Positions 46,490 through 58,724 of a stretch of 64,000 nt of DNA are shown piece by piece. Source of the stretch: an uncultured Candidatus Saccharibacteria bacterium (GTDB lineage Bacteria; Patescibacteriota; Minisyncoccia; Sungbacterales; HO2-52-23). Location of the stretch: the NCBI GenBank assembly GCA_964585475.1, contig CAZPDF010000005.1, positions 3,323 to 67,322 of the forward strand. Reading direction: 5' to 3'. The notes beneath the pieces were generated by a model, which saw nothing but the letters and a program-made list of their open reading frames with translations, made no database searches and was not told the origin of the DNA. Position numbers and translations under genes: made by a program. Every line of letters starts with the position of its first letter. Position 1 is the first letter of the stretch.

Positions 46490-47686
46490 ATGATCAAATT
46501 TTTACTTAGCATCGGGATCATTATATTTTTACTGGGCGGCTCCTCTTTGTTGTGGTGGGACGAGACCGGTGTTGACGTAGACGAAACGGCGGGCATCGCT
46601 TCGCCTCCGTCTCAACCAAGAATCACCGAGCCGCCGTTGCCGGATGTTACAAAAAAACCAAATGATACCGTTGAGAAAGCTAAAATTCCGGAAAAGGTCA
46701 TAACGCCGGAGATTACGGCGAAGGCGACGTCAACTTCGGATGTTTTACGCTGTTTCGGATCCACGCCGGATCAATTTAAATGCTACCGCGAATATTACGG
46801 TGAACTTATTGCCAAAGATGGAGCCAAGCCCGCAATTATTGATATTAAAGGCAGGTACGCTGATTCGTTCGTGAAGTCCCAGTGCCATCAGCTCATGCAT
46901 ATTATTGGCCGCGCCTCGGCGGATAAATATAAAACCGTAGCTGAGGCGTTTCAAGAAGGCGATCCTTTTTGCTGGTCAGGATATTACCATGGAGTTATGG
47001 AAGGGGTAGCACTACACCTCGGGAGAGAAAAACTTGCGCAGTCTCTTGATATAATATGTGCAGGAATTCCCGGCAAAGAGCGATTCTCGTTTGATTATTA
47101 TAATTGTGTACACGGCTTGGGACATGGCATCATGGCGATTTTGAATGACGAGCTTATGGATACGCTCGCTATGTGCGATAATCTTAGCGGGTCTTGGGAG
47201 CAATCCTCATGCTGGAGCGGAGCGTTCATGGAAAATATAATAGCCAATGGCATAGACCACCGTTCAAAATACTTGAAAGATAACGACCCCCACTACCCCT
47301 GCGACGCCGTAGATGAAAAATATAAAGGCGTTTGCTATATTATGCAGACCTCGCGGATGTTGGCCCTGACCGGTTACGATTTTGTGAGAGTTTATGCGCT
47401 ATGTGCCGCAGCGGAGGAACCCTATATCAATATCTGCTATCAGAGTTTAGGTCGCGATGCGTCTGGCTCAACCGTAAGCGATGTAGAACGAACCAAGGCA
47501 TATTGTCTTCTTGGCAAAGACAACCGTCAGCAATCAAACTGCGTGATAGGGGCGGTAAAGGATTTCATATCCTACTTCCACTCGGATAAACAGGCGCGCG
47601 AATTTTGCTCCGCACTTCCGGAGGATCTTCAGTCGATCTGTACGTCAACAGCGGAGAGTTACTACCTCTCGTTCAGGCCGTCTTAA
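46490..47686 (+). CDS. Exported Cys/His-rich repeat protein
   Basis: TM anchor; CHQLMHIIG, CWSGYYHG, CVHGLGHG, many paired Cys. Confidence 0.8.
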   Translation: MIKFLLSIGIIIFLLGGSSLLWWDETGVDVDETAGIASPPSQPRITEPPLPDVTKKPNDTVEKAKIPEKVITPEITAKATSTSDVLRCFGSTPDQFKCYREYYGELIAKDGAKPAIIDIKGRYADSFVKSQCHQLMHIIGRASADKYKTVAEAFQEGDPFCWSGYYHGVMEGVALHLGREKLAQSLDIICAGIPGKERFSFDYYNCVHGLGHGIMAILNDELMDTLAMCDNLSGSWEQSSCWSGAFMENIIANGIDHRSKYLKDNDPHYPCDAVDEKYKGVCYIMQTSRMLALTGYDFVRVYALCAAAEEPYINICYQSLGRDASGSTVSDVERTKAYCLLGKDNRQQSNCVIGAVKDFISYFHSDKQAREFCSALPEDLQSICTSTAESYYLSFRPS

Positions 47687-48219
47687 TCCTCGCGTCCTCC
47701 GATACGCCGGAGAATTATGAGTGCGGCCAGCGGCAGGATAAACCACCAGATATGAAGATTTGGATTGGCAAAAAGATTTTTTGTAAGCGGAGCAAGCATT
47801 TTTAATTTGTCCGGGGGCAGAAAGCCAACGAGGATATGAATTAGAAGCCCCACTTGCAGAAAGCTCAACAAAAAAACCTGCCACCACGAAGTTGAGAAAG
47901 CAATGCTTCTTTTGCGCCGTCCGCCAAGCATGAAGGCAAAAAAGAGAAGCAAGGCGATAAAACCCGCAATTTTTATAAGAAAGGCCTCGGCAAAATTGAG
48001 CGACTGCGTCCATCGGTCAACCGGAAGAGAAGAAAAAAGCGCGAAGGCGACATAGGTATACATTATTGATGCCGCAATCCTGACTTTTCCGGCACTTATG
48101 CCATAAAAAAATCCTCCGGCGATCAGGGCAAAAACAGAAATTATATCCCAAGTGGGATGTGAAAGAATTTGCTCGGCGGTGGTTTTAAAATATATAAGCT
48201 CCGTAGGCATTGTTTCCAT
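47683..48219 (-). CDS. Membrane protein, CvpA-like topology
   Basis: Five hydrophobic segments. Confidence 0.65.
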   Translation of the reverse strand: METMPTELIYFKTTAEQILSHPTWDIISVFALIAGGFFYGISAGKVRIAASIMYTYVAFALFSSLPVDRWTQSLNFAEAFLIKIAGFIALLLFFAFMLGGRRKRSIAFSTSWWQVFLLSFLQVGLLIHILVGFLPPDKLKMLAPLTKNLFANPNLHIWWFILPLAALIILRRIGGRED

Positions 48220-48242
48220 TATATAGTGCTATCTCTTTAACG

Positions 48243-48271
48243 CAAAATCCCGCCGGAGAGGCGGGATTTTG
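48243..48271 (-). terminator. Hairpin downstream of groEL
   Basis: caaaatcccgcc-N5-ggcgggattttg. Confidence 0.6.
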
Positions 48272-48287
48272 ACATCAGCAAGGTATG

Positions 48288-48338
48288 TTCTCGACAGGCT
48301 CGAACAATATTCTTCGAGCGAGCGAAGCTAGTCGAGAA
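48288..48338. repeat. REP-like dimer, same family as the uvrC insert at 56214-56277
   Basis: ttctcgac..gctcgaa / ttcgagcgagcgaagc..gtcgagaa. Confidence 0.75.
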
Positions 48339-48391
48339 GCTTCCTTTTATACCGACCTGCAAGCAGGTCGGAGGTTCATTCTCCGTATTGA

Positions 48392-50206
<1,815 letters not shown>

Positions 50207-50215
50207 CTCGCCGTT

Positions 50216-50512
50216 TTATTCTAAAACGGCGAGTATATCTTCCTCCCTTGCAATTAAGTATTCTTTATCGTCGACTTTTATCTCATTCGGCCCGTATTTG
50301 GTGAAGAGAACAATGTCCCCTACTTTAACGCTCATGGGGATTCTTTTCCCTTCATCGGAAAGTTTGCCGGGGCCTACGGCAATTATTTTGCCCTGCTCCG
50401 GACGCTCTTTATCGGCGGTCTCGGGCAGATAAATTCCGGTCTTGGTTTTACCCTCCTTGGTCTCGTTCAAGGGTTCAACCACCACCCGGTCATTTAATGG
50501 CTTTATATTCAT
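50216..50512 (-). CDS. groS: Co-chaperonin GroES
   Basis: [30 protein letters not shown]. Confidence 0.99.
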   Translation of the reverse strand: MNIKPLNDRVVVEPLNETKEGKTKTGIYLPETADKERPEQGKIIAVGPGKLSDEGKRIPMSVKVGDIVLFTKYGPNEIKVDDKEYLIAREEDILAVLE

Positions 50513-50587
50513 GAAGCTTCTTAGCTTTTTTAGCTTCTTAGCTTTTTAAGGTGGAGTTCCTAAAAAGCCAATTCCTAACAAGCTATT

Positions 50588-50614
50588 TTAGCACTCTTGG
50601 TGTTCGACTGCTAA
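50588..50614 (-). promoter_or_regulatory. CIRCE operator (HrcA site) of groES, next to TTGACA-16-TATAAT at 50617-50644
   Basis: TTAGCACTC-N9-GACTGCTAA. Confidence 0.93.
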
Positions 50615-50716
50615 CCATTATATGAAACCGCAAAATCTTGTCAAGAGGTTACGGGGTTGACCTCGCCGAAAATCTAAGTTTGAATACTAATTAGGGGTTC
50701 TTTATATAGCAAGGGG

Positions 50717-51466
50717 GTGACGGATTTGGGTACCCGCTGGGAACGATGGCGTGAGAAACGGAAGGGCAAACTCAAGAGGCGCTGGGAGCGATGGCTTGCA
50801 AAGCAGGACGAATGGACTCAAAGCGAGATTATCCGACGGGACGAGTGGTTAGAAAATTGGTGTTTGCGTACGTTTAAGTATGGGGTAACCGCTAATCGTC
50901 TGACCGCATGGAGCGCAGGACTCATTCTTCTCTGGATCATTCTTTATGACGGGTTAGGGGCTGATCGCCTCTGGCTTCATCTTCTCCTAGGCGTTGTTAT
51001 AGGAGCAATAGATGCTTGGGACGGATCGCAGGCAAGAAATAACGATAACGTTACCGGTTTAGGTGCGCTCGGTGATCACTTTCGGGATCTTGCCTATGTT
51101 CTCTATATGGAGAGGATCGCGCTTGATTACGGATTATCGCTCTACCCCATTTTTGCTTTTATCGTAGTTGAACTTTTTACGCTCTATTTCAAATGGTGTG
51201 CATTCTACAAATACGCGGGGGGTCTATATGGCTGGGAGAAATTAGCCGAGTTTGCCGAAGACAACTTTCAGAACACGGTATATGACAGGTGGCAGGGAAT
51301 CTTTATTTGCGTAGGGCTTGCTATCTTCGGCATAGGCGCTTCATATAAGGTTTCACCGCTTGAAATCATTGGCATGGGGGTTATCTGGATATCGATCGGC
51401 ATCGGCATAATGAATTTATATAAAGAAATGAAATGGAAACCGTTGCCGCCAGTAGAGCCTACTTAA
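50717..51466 (+). CDS. CDP-alcohol phosphatidyltransferase family protein
   Basis: ANRLT; DAWDGSQAR...GALGDHFRD. Confidence 0.82.
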   Translation: MTDLGTRWERWREKRKGKLKRRWERWLAKQDEWTQSEIIRRDEWLENWCLRTFKYGVTANRLTAWSAGLILLWIILYDGLGADRLWLHLLLGVVIGAIDAWDGSQARNNDNVTGLGALGDHFRDLAYVLYMERIALDYGLSLYPIFAFIVVELFTLYFKWCAFYKYAGGLYGWEKLAEFAEDNFQNTVYDRWQGIFICVGLAIFGIGASYKVSPLEIIGMGVIWISIGIGIMNLYKEMKWKPLPPVEPT

Positions 51467-51502
51467 GTCTTAGGGGGATCTAGCTTGACTCAATATAACA
51501 AC

Positions 51503-51529
51503 AAAAATGCCGCATATTTGCGGCTTTTT
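51503..51529. terminator. Bidirectional terminator between the two phosphatidyltransferase genes
   Basis: aaaaat-gccgca-tatt-tgcggc-ttttt. Confidence 0.65.
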
Positions 51530-51572
51530 ATAATCTTTGGTGGAAGATTATGGGCTCGCCCGTGGGTCTTTA

Positions 51573-52142
51573 TTATGCGGCGGGGCGGTGCAGAAGATGG
51601 CCGATTATGCTTAAACTTGCAAACAGGATTGCTGACCAAAGTGTCCATATGATAATTTCTATGGACATAATTTTTATCATACTAACAGGCAGCCCAAGTT
51701 CTACCAAGAGGAGCATTGCAACAAATGCTATCTCGCAGCGCATTTTAATTTTGCCAAAGATATTTGCGCCAAGTCTTTTTGGATCCAGGCCATATTTGTA
51801 AAGCCCAAAGACACCCAAAGACAAAAGTACGCCTTCAAATCCAACAAGGACAGTCCAAAGAGGAATAAGTGTCCCGGGAAGAAGAAACCATGAGGTTGGA
51901 AGAAAAAAAAATTTATCGGCTAGAGGGTCCAGTACTGAACCGAGTGCAGTTACCTCATCAGTTCTTCGCGCGACCCGACCATCCAGCCAATCAGTTAACC
52001 CTAGAGCGAGGAAAAGTATAAATGCTGGGACAAACCTCTTTTCAGAAAGTAAATACCATAGAAGTGGAGACCAAGTGATGCGGCAGAGAGTTATTAGGTT
52101 TGGAAGTTTTTCAAAATCTTTCAGAAAGTTGGCTGAAACCAC
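51573..52142 (-). CDS. PgsA-like CDP-alcohol phosphatidyltransferase
   Basis: LPNLITLCR; TDWLDGRVAR...GSVLDPLADK; GKIK. Confidence 0.88.
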   Translation of the reverse strand: MVSANFLKDFEKLPNLITLCRITWSPLLWYLLSEKRFVPAFILFLALGLTDWLDGRVARRTDEVTALGSVLDPLADKFFFLPTSWFLLPGTLIPLWTVLVGFEGVLLSLGVFGLYKYGLDPKRLGANIFGKIKMRCEIAFVAMLLLVELGLPVSMIKIMSIEIIIWTLWSAILFASLSIIGHLLHRPAA

Positions 52143-52196
52143 GGAGAAACCTCCAAACTCAACGTGCTATAAAAAGCTGTAGCACATTCTATGTCT

Positions 52197-55178
52197 CTAA
52201 GCAACTTTCTTAAGCCACTGCCCTGTGTAGCTAGCCTTATTGGTAATGATATCCGATGGTTTCCCCTCCGCGACAACATAACCTCCTTTCTCCCCCCCTT
52301 CCGGCCCAAGATCAACTATCCAATCCGCATTTTTTAAAACATCTAAATTATGTTCAATAACAAGCACGGTGTTCCCTTTCTCCACGAGAGCGTGAAGGAC
52401 CTGAAGAAGTTTCCGGATGTCGTCAAAATGAAGTCCGGTCGTTGGTTCGTCAAGAATATAGAGCGTGGTTCCCGTGTCGCGCCTCGAAAGTTCGGTTGCG
52501 AGTTTCACTCTCTGCGCTTCGCCCCCCGAAAGAGTTGGTGCCGGCTGCCCCAGCTTTATATAGCCAAGGCCCACATCTTGAAGTGTCTGCAATTTGGATT
52601 TGATTTGCGGCACGGCGTTGAAAAACTGCAGTGTTTCTTCCACCGACATGCCAAGGATGCTGGCAATATTTTTTCCGTTATACTCAATCTCCAAGGCCTC
52701 ACGGTTATAGCGCGTCCCGCGGCACTCTTCACATTCCACGTAAACATCGGGGAGAAAGTACATTTCTATTTTTTTCACCCCCTGACCTTCGCAGGTTTCG
52801 CACCTTCCGCCCTTTACGTTAAAACTGAAGCGTCCCGGCGTATATCCAAGGGCCCTCGCATCAGAGGTTCGCGCGAATAGACTACGGATAAAACCAAACG
52901 CTCCGGTATATGTTGCCGGATTTGAACGCGGCGTTCTTCCAATCGGTGATTGATCCACCACGACAGTTTTATTTATATGCTCTATCCCAACAATCTCTTT
53001 ATGTGCGCCTGGAAATACATGAGCTCGATGGAGTTTCGCGAGGAGTGCTTTAGCCAAGACGTCATTTACCAGTGTAGATTTGCCCGAACCCGAAACCCCG
53101 GCAACGCACACAAACTTGCCCAGCGGAATTTTTACGTCAATATTTTTAAGATTGTGCTCCGTTGCCCCTTTAATGGTAAGATATTTATCGCTAATCAGCC
53201 GCGAATTTTTACCCGAATCTTTGCTCGCCGCTTCGTTTCTATTCGAGATAATTTGAGATGAAATTTGAGATTGATTAGTGACTAACACTCTTTTCCTCCC
53301 GGAAAGGTACTCCCCCGTAAGAGTTTTTGCTCGAAAGAGTTTCTTGGGGTTACCCGTAAATATAACTTCGCCGCCGTGTTTTCCCGCGCCGTGGCCAAGA
53401 TCAATTATCCAATCGGCCGAACGCATGGTCTCCGCGTCATGCTCCACCACAATGACCGTATTTCCCAAATCGCGTAGGTCTTTTAAGGTAGCAATCAGCC
53501 GCGCATGGTCCCGTGGATGAAGACCGACCGATGGTTCGTCCAGTACATAAATAATCCCTGTCAGGCGCGAGCCGATTTGGGTGGCAAGTTGTATCCGTTG
53601 TGCCTCTCCGCCAGCCAGTGTCGTTGAATCCCGGGCGATGGTTAAATACTCAAGTCCCACATCGCGCAAGAATTCGAGGCGCTTCAGAATTTCTTTTACC
53701 AATGGAGTTGCGATTTTAAGATCTCCAGAAGATAATTTCGGTGACTTTCCTTTTAGAAGTTCTTTGAAATAATTGCCGGCTGTTTCTATATTTTTTTCGC
53801 TAAGTGACGCTATATTTTCCTCCCCGATTTTTACTCCAAGTGCTTCTGGTCTTAAGCGACGCCCATTACAAGAAGGACAAGTTTTTATAATCATATATTT
53901 CTCTATCTCGGCCCGGGTAAATTCCGAATCGGTTTCCTTCCATCTGCGTTTAAGGTTGGGTATTACACCTTCAAATACGCCGCTTGAACGCGTCTCCTTA
54001 ATTTCTCCTCCCTCCTCCCCGTTAAGAATGATGTCGATCGCCTGTTGAGAAAGTTTCCCTACGGGCGAATTTAAGGAGAATTTATGGCGCTTGGCAACGT
54101 CCTCCAGAATCCACCAATACCAACTCTGCCGTCCGAGGCGATGCGAGGCAGAAGCCCAAGGGCGGATCGCGCCTTCGGCAAGGGTGAGACGCTTATTTGG
54201 AATTACGAGTTCAGGGTCAACTTCGAGAGTGGAACCTAGGCCGGTGCACATAGGGCATGCTCCGTAAGGGCTGTTGAAAGAGAACGTGCGCGGCTCAATC
54301 TCCGGCAGATTTATGCCGCAGGCAGAACAGGCAAAATGTTCGGAGAAAATATAATCGCTAATCGAACTCGAATTTTCTCCCGAATACTCGCGGATCTTTT
54401 TTGCATCATTTGAGATCATTCGAGACGGAATTCGCGATTGATTAGGGACATTTACCACCATCGCCCCTTTACCAATTTTAAGGGCGGTTTCCAGAGAATC
54501 GCGGATCCGCGCGCGATCAATATCGGTACCAAGCGTAAAACGATCCACCACTACCTCGATTGTATGTTTCTTTTTTTTGTCTAGGGTTGCTGCAAGAGCG
54601 TCGTCGAGGAGTTTCAACTCTCTGTCAATGCGTACACGCAAAAACCCGCCCCGCTTTACCTCCTCAAGAATTTGTTTGTGCTCGCCTTTTTTTCCACGAA
54701 CGAGAGGGGCCAGAATAATTATTTCCTGTTTCTTGGGAAGTTTTGAAACTGCCGATAAAATTTCGTCCACCGTCTGGCGGCCTATAGGCTTATTGCAACT
54801 CGGACAGTGAGGTTTGCCGACACGCGCAAATAGGATCCGCATATAGTCATAAATTTCGGTGATAGTCCCGACGGTGGAGCGCGGGTTTTTGGAAACAGAT
54901 TTCTGATCAATGGAAATTGCCGGCGAAAGTCCTTCAATGGATTCAACATCCGGCTTATCCTTTACGCCCAAAAATTGGCGTGCGTATGAGGAGAGTGATT
55001 CTACATAGCGGCGTTCGGCCTCGGCATAAACAGTATCAAAAGCCAACGAGGATTTTCCAGAGCCGGAAAGGCCGGTTATCACCACGAGTTTATTCTTCGG
55101 GATATCAACGTCAATATTTTTCAGGTTATGCACCCGTGCGCCGCGAATTCTTATGAAATCCGAGAGTTCCTTTGCCAT
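52197..55178 (-). CDS. uvrA: Excinuclease ABC subunit A with two ~31-aa insertions
   Basis: [38 protein letters not shown]. Confidence 0.99.
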   Translation of the reverse strand: MAKELSDFIRIRGARVHNLKNIDVDIPKNKLVVITGLSGSGKSSLAFDTVYAEAERRYVESLSSYARQFLGVKDKPDVESIEGLSPAISIDQKSVSKNPRSTVGTITEIYDYMRILFARVGKPHCPSCNKPIGRQTVDEILSAVSKLPKKQEIIILAPLVRGKKGEHKQILEEVKRGGFLRVRIDRELKLLDDALAATLDKKKKHTIEVVVDRFTLGTDIDRARIRDSLETALKIGKGAMVVNVPNQSRIPSRMISNDAKKIREYSGENSSSISDYIFSEHFACSACGINLPEIEPRTFSFNSPYGACPMCTGLGSTLEVDPELVIPNKRLTLAEGAIRPWASASHRLGRQSWYWWILEDVAKRHKFSLNSPVGKLSQQAIDIILNGEEGGEIKETRSSGVFEGVIPNLKRRWKETDSEFTRAEIEKYMIIKTCPSCNGRRLRPEALGVKIGEENIASLSEKNIETAGNYFKELLKGKSPKLSSGDLKIATPLVKEILKRLEFLRDVGLEYLTIARDSTTLAGGEAQRIQLATQIGSRLTGIIYVLDEPSVGLHPRDHARLIATLKDLRDLGNTVIVVEHDAETMRSADWIIDLGHGAGKHGGEVIFTGNPKKLFRAKTLTGEYLSGRKRVLVTNQSQISSQIISNRNEAASKDSGKNSRLISDKYLTIKGATEHNLKNIDVKIPLGKFVCVAGVSGSGKSTLVNDVLAKALLAKLHRAHVFPGAHKEIVGIEHINKTVVVDQSPIGRTPRSNPATYTGAFGFIRSLFARTSDARALGYTPGRFSFNVKGGRCETCEGQGVKKIEMYFLPDVYVECEECRGTRYNREALEIEYNGKNIASILGMSVEETLQFFNAVPQIKSKLQTLQDVGLGYIKLGQPAPTLSGGEAQRVKLATELSRRDTGTTLYILDEPTTGLHFDDIRKLLQVLHALVEKGNTVLVIEHNLDVLKNADWIVDLGPEGGEKGGYVVAEGKPSDIITNKASYTGQWLKKVA
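53188..53281. mobile_element. 94-bp palindromic element in frame in uvrA
   Basis: tcgctaatca...tgattagtga. Confidence 0.8.
54355..54448. mobile_element. 94-bp palindromic element in frame in uvrA
   Basis: tcgctaatc...gattaggga. Confidence 0.8.
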
Positions 55179-55229
55179 AGCCATACATCCTACAGCATTT
55201 TTTTGAATAAATCAAGAAGCAAAATCCCG

Positions 55230-55805
55230 TCAGCGAGACGGGATACGAATTGGTACGGGCTGGGGGCGAGGCATGAATACGTTCCCTAATGAGGCCGCAA
55301 AACTTTCTAGCCATTTCCGCGCTTTTGATTTTGTAGCAGGAGGGAGATCGCAGGACCCAAAGTAAAGCGTAATTACTAACCAAAATAGGAAACTCGCGCC
55401 TAAAACCTTAAAAAAGAGCGGAACATTCGGTGTAGCCGTAGAGATTAGAAAGAACATCTTTAATATGAATGGCGGAATCACTAAGCTACAGAGAATTCTT
55501 ACCGGCGCTAAATCGAATTTAAGGTGATTTGCAAGCGATCGCATTTGTAGATCCTGCACTGTTTTTTCAAGCCGATTTACCCACCGGTATAATAAAATCC
55601 CCGGAACGAGTTCGATAAGTAAACTAGTGGATACGTCTAAATGTTTAGGCTCGTATAGTAAAACCCCGGCAAAATAAACGAGTAAACTAAGCGAGAAGAA
55701 TAGGGCGCTTTGTTTCGCGAACCAGAAACAATCTTGCCCAAATATTTTGTGCCACCAGCAACTGAAGGATTCGAACTTGTTAAGGATCCATTGATCGAAA
55801 GCCAT
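55230..55805 (-). CDS. Hypothetical membrane protein (start at MAFDQ favoured)
   Basis: Four TM segments; aggag upstream. Confidence 0.6.
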   Translation of the reverse strand: MAFDQWILNKFESFSCWWHKIFGQDCFWFAKQSALFFSLSLLVYFAGVLLYEPKHLDVSTSLLIELVPGILLYRWVNRLEKTVQDLQMRSLANHLKFDLAPVRILCSLVIPPFILKMFFLISTATPNVPLFFKVLGASFLFWLVITLYFGSCDLPPATKSKARKWLESFAASLGNVFMPRPQPVPIRIPSR

Positions 55806-55857
55806 GAGCAAGAGGATCTCCTTGCTGAATTGAGATGTCCACACTATACTCCTAGAT

Positions 55858-57327
55858 ATGCTTAATGTCAAGAAATGGAAGAGGGCGCCGAATACACCCG
55901 GCGTTTATGCATTCCAAAAAGGTTCCGCACAACTTTATATAGGCAAAGCCGTAAATCTTAAAAAGCGGGTTGCTTCATATTTCCGGAAAAATATAAGCGG
56001 CAAAACGCGCGAACTTCTAAAAGAAGCGACAAAACTTGATTGGATCGAAACCGCGTCTGAAATAGAGGCCTTTCTAAAAGAGGCGGAACTCATTAAAAAA
56101 TACCGCCCCAAATATAATATCCTGATGCGGGATGACAAAAATTATTTTTATGTGGGGATTACCCAAGAGCAGTTTCCGAGAATTTTTCTAACCCATCAGC
56201 CCAACCAATATCTTTCGAGTGGAGCGAAGCGAAATCGAGAAAAATTCCATAAGGTAAATTCTCGACTTCGCTCGAACAGTAATTTTACTGGTCCTTTTAC
56301 GAGCGGAAATGCGCTGAAATCAGTCTTGCGGCTTCTGCGCCGTATTTTTCCCTACTGCACTTGCAAAACGTCGCACAGGCGGCCGTGTTTGAATACGGAG
56401 ATTGGGCGATGCCCTGGCTACTGTTGTCTCCAAGGCGAGCTACAACACACCAACATTCTCAAGTATGTTGGTGTGTTGTCAGAGCGAAAAAAAGAATACG
56501 GGACAAATATAAAAAATATAATTGCCGTGCTTTGCGGGAAAAAGAAGCGGATTCGAACGGAATTGAGACGCTCGATGAACGAGGCGGCAAAGAGGGAAGA
56601 CTTTGAAAAAGCGGCAAAAATTAGGGACCAACTCAATGGACTTGAAAATATATTTTCGCATCGGAAATTTTTAGAGGTTGAACCTCCCGTTGGGGGTTCA
56701 ACCTCCCCGAGACTACTATGGCCCAGGGTCGAAAAGTACATCCGGAGTCTCCTAGGAATAAAAAAGCCCATTTCTCGAGTTGAGGGCTATGACATTTCAA
56801 ATATATCGGGGGCCGAGGCGACCGGCTCAATGGTGGTATTTATTGAAGGGAAACCGGTAAAATCCGAGTACCGTAAATTCAAAATTAAGACCGTCCGGGG
56901 CATAAGCGATGTGGGTATGTTACGAGAAGTGGTCGCCCGGCGAATGGCACATGAGGAATGGCAATATCCGGACCTCATGTTAATTGATGGGGGGAAACCG
57001 CAGTTCAATGCGATACTTAGTACGCTCTCTAATCAGTCACGAATAAAAAGATCTCGAATAATCTCGAATGCCCAGCATAAAATTCGAGATATTTCGGGTA
57101 TGAATTCGGGACCGATTAAAGGGATTAAAGTGGCGGCGCTCGCTAAACGCGAGGAGGAATTATATACTGAAGGCGCGGGAAGGCCTATCCGTCTTTCCTC
57201 ACTCCCTGAAAATACTGCCAATTTCTTGAAACGCGTGCGGGACGAATCGCACCGCTTCGCCAAAAAATATCATCATAAGTTACGCGAAATAAGCTTTCGC
57301 AGTAATGCAGAAAAAAGCGAAATCTGA
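55858..57327 (+). CDS. uvrC: Excinuclease ABC subunit C (no C-terminal HhH) with four repeat-derived insertions
   Basis: PGVY..LYIGKA.NLKKRV, PKYNILMRDDK, GYDISN, LIDGGKPQ, VRDESHRFA. Confidence 0.95.
   Translation: MLNVKKWKRAPNTPGVYAFQKGSAQLYIGKAVNLKKRVASYFRKNISGKTRELLKEATKLDWIETASEIEAFLKEAELIKKYRPKYNILMRDDKNYFYVGITQEQFPRIFLTHQPNQYLSSGAKRNREKFHKVNSRLRSNSNFTGPFTSGNALKSVLRLLRRIFPYCTCKTSHRRPCLNTEIGRCPGYCCLQGELQHTNILKYVGVLSERKKEYGTNIKNIIAVLCGKKKRIRTELRRSMNEAAKREDFEKAAKIRDQLNGLENIFSHRKFLEVEPPVGGSTSPRLLWPRVEKYIRSLLGIKKPISRVEGYDISNISGAEATGSMVVFIEGKPVKSEYRKFKIKTVRGISDVGMLREVVARRMAHEEWQYPDLMLIDGGKPQFNAILSTLSNQSRIKRSRIISNAQHKIRDISGMNSGPIKGIKVAALAKREEELYTEGAGRPIRLSSLPENTANFLKRVRDESHRFAKKYHHKLREISFRSNAEKSEI
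57026..57124. mobile_element. ~98-bp palindromic element in frame in uvrC, same family as the uvrA inserts
   Basis: tctctaatca...gattaaaggga; TCGAAT/ATTCGA units. Confidence 0.78.
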
Positions 57328-57404
57328 AAAACGTGCGGCCAAGAAAAAGCGTAGAAAGTACCCCATAAGCGGGCATTCGGTTTTTCTCATTCAAAAACTG
57401 CAAC

Positions 57405-57438
57405 ACAAAACGCGTCGGTGATCACCGACGCGTTTTGT
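57405..57438. repeat. Perfect loopless 34-bp palindrome, likely also a bidirectional terminator
   Basis: acaaaacgcgtcggtga|tcaccgacgcgttttgt. Confidence 0.92.
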
Positions 57439-57457
57439 AAAGTTTTATGGTTTAATG

Positions 57458-58564
57458 CTAAAGTCCTTCTTCTTTTAATTCTTGGGCGATTTCTTTTACC
57501 TTTCGGGCGCCCTTCCGCGGGATTTCGACCTTCATCTGAATTAAAAGATTGCCCCGTCCGTACCCCGAACTCGTATAAGCGCCCTTGCCTCGCGCCCGTA
57601 GCACATCTCCGGGTTGCGTTCCTTCCGGTATTTTAAGCTTTATTGAACCGTCTAAGGTATCTACTTCTACATTATCCCCCAGGATTGCTTGAGAAAGTTT
57701 TATCGTAAGCAGCATGATTATGTCATCTCCTTGCCTACGAAAAATCTTATGCGGCATAACGCGCAATTTAATATAAAGATCCCCGGGTACGCCGCCGCTA
57801 AATGATGCCTCCCCCTTCCCGGTTATTTTTAGGATCTCGCCATCCTGCACGCCTTTTGGAATAAATACTTCCAGTCTCTCCGCCGTAATCCTTGCGCCCT
57901 GCCCTCGGCAGAAAGTACATAGATTCTCAGGCCTCCTGCCGCTGCCGAGACACTCGGGGCACGCCGAAACCTGCGTAAAGGATCCGAGAAACGTTCTCTG
58001 GGTTTTTTGAATATTTCCCTTGCCCTGGCAGGTCTGGCAATTTTTCAATTTAGTGCCGGGCTCCCCGCCGGATCCTTGGCAATGTTCACAGCGCGCCATG
58101 CGTTCAAATTGAACCTCCTCTTTCCCACCCAAAACCGATTCCTCAAAAGGAATATCAAGGGGCAGGCGCACGTCCTTTCCCCTGCGCTCACGCGTTCTTC
58201 CCCGCGGAGCTGATCCCATTCCTCCACCTAAGAAATCCTCAAAAATATCTGAAAAATCAAAATCAGCAAAACCGCGGCCGTCGCCCGGCACGCCCTCGCC
58301 AAAATCAAAGCGGATTCCGCCGGGCCATTCAAATCCCCCCTGCTGGGGGCCCGCTCCCTCAAAAACGCGGCCGAATTGATCATATTGCGACCGTTTTCTG
58401 TCGTCGGCCAATACCTGATACGCCTCGTTAACCTCTTTGAATTGGGCTTCATCCCCGCCTTTATCGGGGTGGTATTTATGTGCAAGGGAACGATAGGCCT
58501 TCTTTATGTCTTCTTTGGTAGCGTTTCGCGGAACACCAAGAATTTTATAGTAATCTCCTGTCAT
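57458..58564 (-). CDS. dnaJ: Chaperone DnaJ
   Basis: [11 protein letters not shown], four CxxCxGxG repeats. Confidence 0.98.
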   Translation of the reverse strand: MTGDYYKILGVPRNATKEDIKKAYRSLAHKYHPDKGGDEAQFKEVNEAYQVLADDRKRSQYDQFGRVFEGAGPQQGGFEWPGGIRFDFGEGVPGDGRGFADFDFSDIFEDFLGGGMGSAPRGRTRERRGKDVRLPLDIPFEESVLGGKEEVQFERMARCEHCQGSGGEPGTKLKNCQTCQGKGNIQKTQRTFLGSFTQVSACPECLGSGRRPENLCTFCRGQGARITAERLEVFIPKGVQDGEILKITGKGEASFSGGVPGDLYIKLRVMPHKIFRRQGDDIIMLLTIKLSQAILGDNVEVDTLDGSIKLKIPEGTQPGDVLRARGKGAYTSSGYGRGNLLIQMKVEIPRKGARKVKEIAQELKEEGL

Positions 58565-58608
58565 AGATTAATACTAAGGTATGTAATGCGTGTTTAGCAA
58601 TATGTGAA

Positions 58609-58711
58609 CCCCGTTACAACCCGACCTAAAATCTGGGGCTTCCATCTGGCTTTTTTAAAACTTTCCATTCCTCGCCGGTCTGAAAGCCGGAGTTTCCGAG
58701 TTGTAACGGGG
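58609..58711. mobile_element. 103-bp CCCC-end element, TGAA duplication
   Basis: TIR ccccgttacaac/gttgtaacgggg; TGAA at 58605-58608 and 58712-58715. Confidence 0.85.
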
Positions 58712-58724
58712 TGAATAAATGGAA

